From Tindallia sp. MSAO_Bac2 (GTDB taxonomy: Bacteria; Bacillota; Clostridia; Peptostreptococcales; Tindalliaceae): a DNA stretch of 64,000 bases. The notes under the pieces are model-generated. The model ran no database searches. It was not told the DNA's origin and worked only from the letters and a program-made list of their open reading frames with translations. How positions within the stretch are numbered: the stretch's first letter is position 1; each line of letters opens with the position of its first letter. A program made the translations under genes and the position numbers. Positions 9,761 through 19,200 of the stretch are shown here, one piece after another. Where the stretch lies: NCBI GenBank assembly GCA_003838145.1, contig QYZZ01000078.1, positions 25,587 to 89,586 on the forward strand. Direction: 5' to 3'.

Positions 9761-10906
9761 ATGCCGGACTTTGAATCATTAAACTGGAAGGAAGAGCTTA
9801 AAAACAACATTAAAACCATAGATGAGCTTAAAAATTTCATAGACTTGACGGAAACAGAAGAATCTGATCTCCGCAAAGTAGTGAAGCAGCACCCGATGAA
9901 TATTCCTCGTTACTACATGAATCTGGCTGATCCGGCTGATCCTGAAGATCCAATCAGAAAGCTTTCTGTACCAAGCATTGATGAGTTGTTTGAAAAAAGT
10001 CTGACGGGAAACACAACAGATGATCCATACGGTGATGATAAACACGACAAAGGAAATGGAGTTCTCCATAAATATCCGTACACAGCATTGGTAGTAGCAA
10101 CAGAGTATTGTTCCATGTATTGCAGGCATTGTTTTAGAAAACGCATGGTAGGATTGAGTACCAATCAGACGGTCAAAAATTTTAAAAATGCTGCAGAATA
10201 CATTGCTGATCATTCAGAAATTAAAAACGTTGTGATTTCAGGTGGAGATCCATTTCTACTTGGGACAGAAGCTCTGAGAGAAATGCTGAATGCTTTAAAA
10301 AATATTGATCATCTAAATTATGTGCGAATTGGTTCCAGAGCACCAGTTGTATACCCTCTCCGCTTTATGGATGATGAATTAATGGAAGTGCTGAAGGAAT
10401 TCAATGAATATAAAGCTTTATACGTTCCGACACACTTTAATACCGCTAAAGAAATAACCCCATTGGCGACGAAGGCTGTTGGACGACTTCGGAAAGCAGG
10501 CTTAACAGTCAATAATCAGGCAGTGTTTTTGAAAGGTGTAAATGACTCTGTTGAAAAATTGGTGGAGTTGATGGATGGATTGGTTAGAATAGGAGTGAAC
10601 CCATATTATTTATACCAATGCATGCCGGTATCAAAAGTAAGAAGACAGTTTCAGGTTCCTCTAAAAGAAGGAACAGAGATTGTCAGCGAAGCTAAAAGAA
10701 GATTAGATGGGTATGCGAAACGCTTTAAGTTTATTATGGGAGATGATAGTGGAAAAATCGAAATATGTGGTAGTTCAGGAAATTATTTAGTTATGAGTCA
10801 AATACACTCCAGACCAGAAGAACCGGAACAGGCATCAAAGATTATGATCAAAGAACTGACAGATGATGCCGGCTGGCTGGACGACCTGGGGCAGGATCTG
10901 CTGTAG
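9761..10906 (+). CDS. KamA-family radical SAM aminomutase-like enzyme (substrate unknown)
   Basis: HKYP, CSMYCRHCFRKR, SGGDP, RIGSRAPVVYP, THFN, NQAVFLKGVND, PYYLYQC. Confidence 0.9.
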   Translation: MPDFESLNWKEELKNNIKTIDELKNFIDLTETEESDLRKVVKQHPMNIPRYYMNLADPADPEDPIRKLSVPSIDELFEKSLTGNTTDDPYGDDKHDKGNGVLHKYPYTALVVATEYCSMYCRHCFRKRMVGLSTNQTVKNFKNAAEYIADHSEIKNVVISGGDPFLLGTEALREMLNALKNIDHLNYVRIGSRAPVVYPLRFMDDELMEVLKEFNEYKALYVPTHFNTAKEITPLATKAVGRLRKAGLTVNNQAVFLKGVNDSVEKLVELMDGLVRIGVNPYYLYQCMPVSKVRRQFQVPLKEGTEIVSEAKRRLDGYAKRFKFIMGDDSGKIEICGSSGNYLVMSQIHSRPEEPEQASKIMIKELTDDAGWLDDLGQDLL

Positions 10907-10989
10907 TATAATTGAATGACAAAATATGAGAAGCGGTGGACTACTAAAGTCTGCCGTTTCCCTGCTATTAGAAAACGAGGTGACATGAT

Positions 10990-11820
10990 ATGAGGCTTGC
11001 TCTTGGACAGACAAATCCTATTATTGGTGAGGTGAAAAGCAATTTAAACAAAATAAAAAACGTAGTTAAGGAATCGTCAGAAAAAGGTGCTAATCTAATT
11101 CAGTTTACAGAGTGTGCAGTAACCGGATACTGCTATGAATCAAGAAAGGAAGTCCTCCATTATGTTAAAGAAGGGTTGTCAGAGAAAATCATAAGTGAAA
11201 TCAGCGGTATTTGCGGTTCATCGATGGTGATGCTTGGAACTTTAGAAGTGATTAATGGCACCATCAGGAATTCAATTTTGCTGATTTCTTCGAATGGACT
11301 TATTGCAAAATACTATAAGTGCCACTTGCCCGTTCTGGGTGCTGATCGTTTTGTTACACCCGGTGAAGGACTATGTGAAATAATCGAAACTCCCTTTGGT
11401 AAGATAGGGATTCTGGTGTGCTTTGAGCTTCGATTCCCTGAGGTGGCAAGAATTTTGGCTCTGAAAGGAGCAGACATTATTTGCAACCCGACAAATGTTC
11501 CTGTGGGAGGCGAGGCGGCAGTCGACTATCTTGGTCGTGCCAGGGCACTGGAAAACAGAGTATATGTGTCGTCCTGTAATAGAACAGGAATTGAAAGAAA
11601 TACTCAGTTTATTGGAAAGAGCCAGGTAGTGGATCCTTCCGGTAATTTTATTACAGCAACTGACGACAGGGAAGTAATACTGTATGCAGACATAAACCTT
11701 CAACTGGCACAAAATAAAACGATAGTCATTAAAGCTGGAGAATATGAACTTCCACTTTTTAAGCAAAGAAAAACCCGTATGTACTCGGCGATAACAGAAG
11801 CACAGTATAATGGCAGATAA
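10990..11820 (+). CDS. Carbon-nitrogen hydrolase (nitrilase/amidase family)
   Basis: E-K-C triad: FTECAVTGY, YYKCHL, VCFELRFPE; ARALEN, NRTG. Confidence 0.9.
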   Translation: MRLALGQTNPIIGEVKSNLNKIKNVVKESSEKGANLIQFTECAVTGYCYESRKEVLHYVKEGLSEKIISEISGICGSSMVMLGTLEVINGTIRNSILLISSNGLIAKYYKCHLPVLGADRFVTPGEGLCEIIETPFGKIGILVCFELRFPEVARILALKGADIICNPTNVPVGGEAAVDYLGRARALENRVYVSSCNRTGIERNTQFIGKSQVVDPSGNFITATDDREVILYADINLQLAQNKTIVIKAGEYELPLFKQRKTRMYSAITEAQYNGR

Positions 11821-11925
11821 ATGGTTGAATGTTTCTGGAAATTCTGATAAAAAGAATATATTACAATTAAAACATTTGATTTTTATGAATAAGCAACTTC
11901 TAAGTTGTGATTTGGAGGCAAAAGT

Positions 11926-13278
11926 ATGGCGGAGAAGAAAAAACTGCCCCAAAAAAGCGAGATAAACAAATCTTACAGATTATTAATGGCTGGCACAATA
12001 ACAATTATTGCAGTTCCGGTCATTGTGATTATCTTTTTATTGTTCGAAGTGTTTAATGCCCAACAGGACCTTTCAAAACAGAAAAAACAGCAAATGGAAA
12101 GCATAAGTAACCATGTAATCATGCAGGTTTCACAAAATCATCAAACCGGCACTGTTTATATAGACTGGGAAGAACTCATACAGAATTTGCCTGTTGCCAA
12201 CAACGAAGCTGGCTACCATTGGCTTGTTTTTGATGAAAGAAACGTTAATATATTCAGATCGTCCTGTCTTCCGCAAGAATTGCTAAATGCTGCTGAATTA
12301 ATTAATTTGGAAGGACCTGAAGGGCTTCGGGAGTGGAAACCGGCGGGAGAATGGATTGTTGTTGAAGAACAGGTCGATAGGAATGGTGGCCCCGCTTATT
12401 ATTTGATCTTAGCATCGCAGGAAAGTCTATTCAGTCAATATGTAACAAGAATACAGGTAGTTTCGGTTGTTGGGTTGATTCTGATTGGAATTATTGCTTC
12501 GAAGATCGTATTTAAACTGGCAGATGAAATGATATCGAAATATGCAGACATATCAGAGCGTTACAAAAAAGTTGACTATGAAGATCGATTCAAAGAACAC
12601 CTGATTTCGCAGAAGATGGTTACGATGGAAAATTTTGCGGCTGGAATTGCTCACGAGATTGGTAATCCTTTATCTTCCATTTTAAGTACGATACAAATTC
12701 TTACTGGTTATGAGTTGGATGAAGATGAGACCCGCAATCAATATAATCAGTTAATGAAGGACTCCAGAAAAATTGACAGGATATTGCATGAAATACTGGA
12801 TTATCGAAGGTATAATAATGAAGCAAATATTAAAGTGAACCTTAATGACATTATTAGTGACTCTGTTGGAAGCATAGAAGCTGAATGTGCAACAAAAAAC
12901 ATTGAGTTTGCATTAGAATTATCACCTAATATTCCTGAATTGATTCTAAATGAACCTCAGCTTAGAATTGTATTTTTAAATATTATCCGAAATGCCTGTC
13001 AGGCTATAAATGAACAGGGCTACGTTTATATCAGAACAATAGTTTACGATAATGTGGTGAGGGTTCGAATAGCAGATTCTGGATCGGGAATAAAACCAGA
13101 ACATATGGATAACATATTTGACCCTTTTTTCACAACCAAAGATGTTGGGAAAGGCATGGGAATGGGTTTATATGCTTCGTTTCAAATAATTCATGCTCAT
13201 AAAGGATCCATTTCTGCTGAAAGTAATTACGGAGAAGGTACAATCTTTACTGTCGACTTTCCGTTTGTAGAGGAGTGA
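11926..13278 (+). CDS. Membrane sensor histidine kinase (NtrB/AtoS-like)
   Basis: Two TM; AHEIGNPL H-box; N, G1, FDPFFTTK, GMGMGL boxes. Confidence 0.92.
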   Translation: MAEKKKLPQKSEINKSYRLLMAGTITIIAVPVIVIIFLLFEVFNAQQDLSKQKKQQMESISNHVIMQVSQNHQTGTVYIDWEELIQNLPVANNEAGYHWLVFDERNVNIFRSSCLPQELLNAAELINLEGPEGLREWKPAGEWIVVEEQVDRNGGPAYYLILASQESLFSQYVTRIQVVSVVGLILIGIIASKIVFKLADEMISKYADISERYKKVDYEDRFKEHLISQKMVTMENFAAGIAHEIGNPLSSILSTIQILTGYELDEDETRNQYNQLMKDSRKIDRILHEILDYRRYNNEANIKVNLNDIISDSVGSIEAECATKNIEFALELSPNIPELILNEPQLRIVFLNIIRNACQAINEQGYVYIRTIVYDNVVRVRIADSGSGIKPEHMDNIFDPFFTTKDVGKGMGMGLYASFQIIHAHKGSISAESNYGEGTIFTVDFPFVEE

Positions 13279-14678
13279 TATCGGTGCTTAACAGGATATT
13301 GGTTGTGGAAGATGAAACAAACTTACGCAATAACCTTGTATTCATATTCCAAAAAGAAGGTCTTCAGGTAAGTGCAGCAGAAGATGGCTACACTGCAAAA
13401 GAGATGATTTTATCGAATGAATATGAAATAATACTTCTGGATATAAAACTGCCCGGGTTAAGTGGTTTGGAATTGCTTGAACTTAAGTCCCGGATAAAGT
13501 ATGAATGCAAATTTGTTGTCATGACGGCATATGGCAGCATAGAGTCAGCTGTAGAAGCTATCAAACTGGGAGCGGAAGAGTACATCACCAAACCATTTCG
13601 CAATGACTATATGATCAGGGCTATAAAACGTCTTCTTCACATTCGGAAGCTGGAAAGTGAGAACATTAATTTCAAGACTGAAATAAAAAAACAATATGAA
13701 TTAGAAAAAAGCATTATTGGCTCCAGTGCTGCAATGCAAAAGGTATTTGATCAGGTGAGGATGATTACTGAACTGGATACAAATGTAATGGTTTCAGGCG
13801 AAAGTGGAACGGGAAAAGAATTAATTGCAAAAGCAATTCACTCTTACAGCAATCGTTTTTCGAAACCATTTATTCCGGTAAATTGCGCAGCTATCCCTAA
13901 AGATCTTTTTGAGTCTGAATTTTTTGGTCACGTAAAAGGTTCTTTTACGGGTGCAGATATTGATAAAAACGGTTATTTCTTGGATGCAAATGGAGGAACC
14001 CTTTTTCTCGACGAAATAAGCGAAATGCCGATGCAAATGCAGGCAAAACTCCTTCGAGTCCTGCAGGAAAATAAAGTTAGACGAGTTGGTGACTCAAAAC
14101 AACATTCTTTTGACACCAGAATTTTATCCTCATCGAATAAAGATTTAAAAGTGATGATTGGAGAGGGGACTTTTCGTGAAGACTTATACTACAGGATTAA
14201 AGTAGTAGAAATTAAGCTTCCTCCACTACGGGAACGTGAAGGCGACTTGACGCTGCTTATTGACTTTTTTGTGAATAAATATAACCGCCTGTTTAATCGA
14301 AACATAAAAAAAGTGAGCGAGGAAGCAATGATTTTGTTAAGGAGCCACAGCTGGCCCGGCAATATAAGGGAATTGGAGCATACGATACAATCAGCCATTG
14401 CTTTATGCAGATCAGATGAACTGAGGAAAGAGGACTTTATCGGTCTGGACCAACAGGACGATGGTGTGAAGGTAATAATACCATCGCATCGTACAAATTT
14501 AAAAGAATTACTACAACAAACCAAAGCAACTGTTGAGAAAGAAATGATCAGAAGAGCTTTGGGAAATAGTCGGGGTAATCAGGTTCAGGCTGCAAAAGAG
14601 CTGGGTATGAGCCATCGCAACTTATTATACAAACTGAAAGATTATGGTATTAAAAGTAAGGACGATAAGTATGATTAA
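13275..14678 (+). CDS. sigma54-dependent response regulator (NtrC/AtoC-like)
   Basis: Receiver, GESGTGKE, GSFTGA, LFLDEI, WPGNIRELE, Fis-type HTH. Confidence 0.95.
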   Translation: MISVLNRILVVEDETNLRNNLVFIFQKEGLQVSAAEDGYTAKEMILSNEYEIILLDIKLPGLSGLELLELKSRIKYECKFVVMTAYGSIESAVEAIKLGAEEYITKPFRNDYMIRAIKRLLHIRKLESENINFKTEIKKQYELEKSIIGSSAAMQKVFDQVRMITELDTNVMVSGESGTGKELIAKAIHSYSNRFSKPFIPVNCAAIPKDLFESEFFGHVKGSFTGADIDKNGYFLDANGGTLFLDEISEMPMQMQAKLLRVLQENKVRRVGDSKQHSFDTRILSSSNKDLKVMIGEGTFREDLYYRIKVVEIKLPPLREREGDLTLLIDFFVNKYNRLFNRNIKKVSEEAMILLRSHSWPGNIRELEHTIQSAIALCRSDELRKEDFIGLDQQDDGVKVIIPSHRTNLKELLQQTKATVEKEMIRRALGNSRGNQVQAAKELGMSHRNLLYKLKDYGIKSKDDKYD

Positions 14679-16185
14679 TAAGTATATTGTTATTGGTTTT
14701 ATATCGTTTTATATTGCTATAACGCTTCTGGTGGGAATGATGGCTTCGGTTAAGCGACAAAACATAGAAATGTATTTTCTGGCCGGAAGACGTTTGGGTC
14801 CAGTGATGCTGGCATTCTCTTTTTCGGCTACTGCAATGAGCGGGCTGCTTTTTTTCGGTTTTTCCGGTATGTTCTTTGAAAGTGGACTACAGAATCTGTG
14901 GTTACTAATTTCCAGTGGTATTGTTGGGATTCTACTTTGTTATTATTTGGTCAGCAAAAAGATTCGTCTTTACTCGGAGCGTACTGGAGCATTAACGGTT
15001 ATAGAATTGCTGAAAAATCGGTATGGGGATAGTGAGCGATACCTGGCTAGAATAACAGCCATGATTATTATTGTTTCGACTGTGTTATATGTGAGTGGAC
15101 AATTGATTGCGATGGCAAAATTAATGGATATTTTTATTGGTTTGCCTTATGAGACGTCCATTATCATTTTTGCATCAGTTATTGTAACCTATACGGTAAT
15201 GGGGGGATTTAAAGCGGTATGCTGGACAGATGTGTTTCAGGGAATATCTATGGTGCTGGCCTGTTTGCTGGTGGGTAGCGTTGTGTGGCGCATTAATTCC
15301 GGATTTTCTCAGCTTTGGTTGAACATGACGATTATTAATCAGTCTGACTCGCAGTTTTATATTTCTCCGTTTGCGACCCCTTCGAACATTTTACTGGGAG
15401 TCACGCTATTCCTGGGTGATGGAATTATGAGCTGGATCGGACAGCCTACCTTAATGACCCGATATATGTCTTTAAGAAAAATAGGTGACTTTGGTCAGGC
15501 GAAAAAACTGAGCGTTTTATTCCAAATGATCCTGTTTGCCGGGGTGGTTTTAGCTTCTTTTCACATGAGGACACAATACTTTGAAGCGAGTATGCTGCCG
15601 ATGGGAGAAGATATGGAAACGGTGTTCATACAGTTTTTTCTGACCTATATGAATCCACTTTTGGGAGGGGTTGTACTGGGTGGCATTATAGCGGCTATTA
15701 TATCAACAGCAGACTCGCTGATTATCTTAGCCAGCTCAATATGGGCGAATGATATCTATGGCAGCAAAAATCAACATGCTACACCAGAAAAACTAATATG
15801 GGTCAGCAAGATAACAACATTACTAATTGGACTAATTGTTGTTTTGATATCCTTCAACATTCACACAGTATTGCTTGTGGCCTGGACGGGTTGGACGATG
15901 CTGGGGATTGTTGGTGTTCCTTTAATTGTTGGGATGTACTGGAAAAGGGCAACGCTTCGAGGTGCGATTTGTGCGGAAATTGCCGGGGTTGCTACACTTA
16001 TTCTTTGGGTAGCTTTTGATCTGACAGGTAAGCTAAGTATTTTTTATGCTTTTCCGGCAGGGGTTGTTTCTTACTTGAGCATCTTCCTTGTAAGCTGGTT
16101 CGATAAAAGTCCCCCGGATTATATCCAACAGGAAATAGCTGACTTAAACCGGAATTATGAATATGAAAGCAAAGCGCGGATTTAA
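14671..16185 (+). CDS. Sodium:solute symporter (PutP-like)
   Basis: YFLAGRRLG, SATAMSG, GGFKAVCWTDVFQG, AAIISTADS motifs. Confidence 0.9.
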   Translation: MINKYIVIGFISFYIAITLLVGMMASVKRQNIEMYFLAGRRLGPVMLAFSFSATAMSGLLFFGFSGMFFESGLQNLWLLISSGIVGILLCYYLVSKKIRLYSERTGALTVIELLKNRYGDSERYLARITAMIIIVSTVLYVSGQLIAMAKLMDIFIGLPYETSIIIFASVIVTYTVMGGFKAVCWTDVFQGISMVLACLLVGSVVWRINSGFSQLWLNMTIINQSDSQFYISPFATPSNILLGVTLFLGDGIMSWIGQPTLMTRYMSLRKIGDFGQAKKLSVLFQMILFAGVVLASFHMRTQYFEASMLPMGEDMETVFIQFFLTYMNPLLGGVVLGGIIAAIISTADSLIILASSIWANDIYGSKNQHATPEKLIWVSKITTLLIGLIVVLISFNIHTVLLVAWTGWTMLGIVGVPLIVGMYWKRATLRGAICAEIAGVATLILWVAFDLTGKLSIFYAFPAGVVSYLSIFLVSWFDKSPPDYIQQEIADLNRNYEYESKARI

Positions 16186-16195
16186 AAGCTGTCCT

Positions 16196-17359
16196 CTACT
16201 TTTCGAGGACAGCTTTCCTGATTTCATGCCCTTCATCAAGACTTGTAGTGCGAACAATAATTGCATGATCCCCCATGGCAGCTGCAAAGGCTTGTGGTAT
16301 GAGCCCGCTGAAGACCACGGCCTCCGGGTATAAAGCAGCGATTTCTTCTGCTGATAACGCATAGTGATAATGATTTTTCCGACCGATATAAAAACAGTTG
16401 TATTTGCGGTCTGCTTCCGGGGAAAACGTCCCCCTGACCATCAGTTGAGCATAAAGATCGTAAACATTTATATCGTTGGCATAATTGATCATGTCCACAA
16501 TCATCCCGCCTGGGGGCCGGGCATTGACTTCCAAAGCGATAATACGGTTATCGGAAGTTACGAAGAATTCGATGTGGAAAAACCGCTGATTCAATCTGAA
16601 AGCTTCCACTGCTTTTCTGCCTGCCTCCACAATTCCGGGAGAAAGTTCTTTTGGAATATAGATGAACATATCCAAATTTTCATTGACGGATTCCATGACA
16701 TCGGTGCCGTACACCAGTCCTGATTCCAGCAAAATATTTCCTTGCTGGTCCACCATTCCGTCGTAGGAGTGAATGGTTCCGGTGACGTATTTTTCAAGAA
16801 AATAATCCACTGGAAGTTTGTGCGATAAAAAATTCTCCAGGTCCTGCTGATTATTCAGCTTATATGTGGCGTATGCGCCGACTCCATTATCCGGTTTCGC
16901 AATAACCGGATAATCATGTTTTTTGATAAATTCATACGCCTTTGCCTGGTCCCCGTCCTTCAAGACGGTGCCTGGAACTGTTTCGATACCGGCTTGCTGA
17001 AACACAGGCTTCATGCCGGATTTATACTTTAAGGGGTACATTTCTTCTGTCTTTAAGCCAGGCACATTAAAATCCGTTCTCAGTTTTGCATCTGTTTCCA
17101 ACCAGAATTCATTGTTCGATTCAATGCCATGGATTTTACCGTACCGATGGGTGAAGTACCCGCATGCCCGGAGCAATTGCTGATAATCTGTCATATCGCC
17201 CACCTGATAATATTCTGTCAGGGAAGCTTTAACGTCAGCCGCCAAACTGTCGTAAGCATCTTCGCCAATGCCCAGGGTATTGACGCCCAGGTCTTTGATA
17301 GCGGACCAGAAACGGTGGTAATGTGGTGGAAAATGAGGCGACAGGATAACGAAATTCAT
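16196..17359 (-). CDS. ATP-grasp domain protein
   Basis: IESNNEFWL, PVIAKPDNGVGA, FFHIEFF, EVNARPPGG. Confidence 0.85.
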   Translation of the reverse strand: MNFVILSPHFPPHYHRFWSAIKDLGVNTLGIGEDAYDSLAADVKASLTEYYQVGDMTDYQQLLRACGYFTHRYGKIHGIESNNEFWLETDAKLRTDFNVPGLKTEEMYPLKYKSGMKPVFQQAGIETVPGTVLKDGDQAKAYEFIKKHDYPVIAKPDNGVGAYATYKLNNQQDLENFLSHKLPVDYFLEKYVTGTIHSYDGMVDQQGNILLESGLVYGTDVMESVNENLDMFIYIPKELSPGIVEAGRKAVEAFRLNQRFFHIEFFVTSDNRIIALEVNARPPGGMIVDMINYANDINVYDLYAQLMVRGTFSPEADRKYNCFYIGRKNHYHYALSAEEIAALYPEAVVFSGLIPQAFAAAMGDHAIIVRTTSLDEGHEIRKAVLEK

Positions 17360-17487
17360 GGATTCACCAACTTTCCTTTAAACTAGGGAGAGGCTGTGGA
17401 GCCTCTTGCCGTTAACTCCATCAATACCCAATAAGTATCAGAATAATCAGAAAACCCATGCGGTTCATTCAGGAGGAAGGAACAAAA

Positions 17488-18876
17488 TTATTTTTCCTGG
17501 ATCATCCTGGAAAGCAGTTCTCTTTTTTGCTTAACGCCATACTTTCTATAAATATTTTTCAAGTGAGTTTTCAGCGTATTTTCACTGATGTACAATTTTT
17601 CCGCGATCACCTTGTTAGTGAAACCTTCCAGTAGCAGGGAAATAATTTCTTTTTCCCTGGTTGTCAGGTCCTGTCCCGGAAGCAGAAGGGATTCAGTTAA
17701 GACACTGGGATCATTGTCTAATGCTTTTTCTGTGTTTAAACGACTCTTGATGCGTGGAATCAAAGGGAGTAGCAAAAAAAGTATAGATGCTGAAAGAAAT
17801 GCAGCCATTACCCGGTACATTTCGCTGGAAAGCAAAAGTTGATGCCCAAACCATTCGCCGGCAATAATGCTAAAAAGTTTTCCTCCTAAGGCAATTCCGA
17901 AAAAAAGGTAAGGAGAACCATAAACAGAGGCGAGGGAGCCGATGAGCGTCCAGCTGAAAAGGTCCAGCAAAGCGTAGGAAGATTCCAGTAAAAAGGCTGT
18001 AATCAGCAAAGAGATAATGTTCTTTCCGGCAATGGAAAAAAGAATAAAGGAAAGCCCCAACAGTGATATTCCAAGATAAACAGGTAACTCCCACCGCAGT
18101 TTATATCCCCACAAACCAAGGAAAACTAACACGAGAATATACGGAATATAAGTATAGTCAAAGTAAAGGAAAAGCCTTCCGGACTCAGCCAATGATGGTC
18201 GGATAATTGTGTAGACAAGCCCGGCGCTGAAATAAAGGCCTGCCAAAAGGAAAGTCAGATAGGACAAAACAGGCACCGGCGCACCACTCTCAGTCAAATC
18301 TTCCGGAGACACAGTTTCCTCCGGAGCAGATTCCTTTATGGAACGCAGCAAAATCAGCAGCACAAGGAATAAAGGCAGTATTGAAACAGGCAGCACTGCA
18401 GCATCCTTTAACACTGCTGTTGCGTTTTTGGTCAAAACATATACCAGGTTGGCCAGAATAATGACAGAGGCCATAATCTTCAGCCGCTCCCGGGTTTGAA
18501 TCTTAAAGGAGAAAGGCACAGACCATCCCAGGATGAACAGGGCGGAACAGACGCCCAACGCAGCAAAAACAGGAGGCCATAATGTCGCTGGTGAAAACAG
18601 GATAAAAAGATGCAATATGATAGTCGTTATAAGGGAAGATATCATGAGCTTTTGCCAGGACACAGCTTTAGGCAAAACAAAAGCAGCTACAAAAAAAGCG
18701 AGAGCATGAAAAAAACCGAAAATTAACGGCAGAGAAAAGCCATAAAACTCATCTAGGGGAGCTGTGCTTCTTAACACAGGACCATGAAAAGGAAAAGAGA
18801 GCATCCAGCCAAAGTAAACCCCTTTGATCAGAATAATCCTTAGATGCTGGATGGGACTATGAAATAGTTTGAACAT
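17488..18876 (-). CDS. Multi-TM membrane protein with C-terminal LuxR HTH
   Basis: About 12 hydrophobic segments then LTTREKEIISLLLEGFTNKVIAEKLYISENTLKTHLKNIYRK. Confidence 0.88.
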   Translation of the reverse strand: MFKLFHSPIQHLRIILIKGVYFGWMLSFPFHGPVLRSTAPLDEFYGFSLPLIFGFFHALAFFVAAFVLPKAVSWQKLMISSLITTIILHLFILFSPATLWPPVFAALGVCSALFILGWSVPFSFKIQTRERLKIMASVIILANLVYVLTKNATAVLKDAAVLPVSILPLFLVLLILLRSIKESAPEETVSPEDLTESGAPVPVLSYLTFLLAGLYFSAGLVYTIIRPSLAESGRLFLYFDYTYIPYILVLVFLGLWGYKLRWELPVYLGISLLGLSFILFSIAGKNIISLLITAFLLESSYALLDLFSWTLIGSLASVYGSPYLFFGIALGGKLFSIIAGEWFGHQLLLSSEMYRVMAAFLSASILFLLLPLIPRIKSRLNTEKALDNDPSVLTESLLLPGQDLTTREKEIISLLLEGFTNKVIAEKLYISENTLKTHLKNIYRKYGVKQKRELLSRMIQEK

Positions 18877-19012
18877 AAAAACACTTCCTATAAGACGTGA
18901 CTTAAGACCTATTGATTTCATTATAGCATAGACAAAGCGATTTTGAAAATTCAGAAGGTAAAAACATGAAAGAAACTGACGGATGAGTATAGAATACTTG
19001 AAAAAACCATCC

Positions 19013-19032
19013 CCTCACCTTTTAGGGTGAGG
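19013..19032. promoter_or_regulatory. Palindrome, candidate LuxR-type operator
   Basis: CCTCACC-TTTTAG-GGTGAGG between divergent genes. Confidence 0.35.
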
Positions 19033-19200
19033 AGAAAGGTAAGGTGCTTTTGTAATAAAGTATTATTCAGCGACGTTTTGTCCAAAAGGGTGATAACAAT
19101 AATGGTTTGAGCGTGATAAGTTGGGTCTAGGATATAACAAAAAGCAACAAGGAGAATTGGTTTATCAGAAACTATTTGAACCCGGAAAGGATGATGTGGA

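Noticed and set aside
16196-17359. ATP-grasp gene as part of the TRAP-KamA cassette
   Set aside because: Convergent orientation and host-like composition; no evidence of linkage
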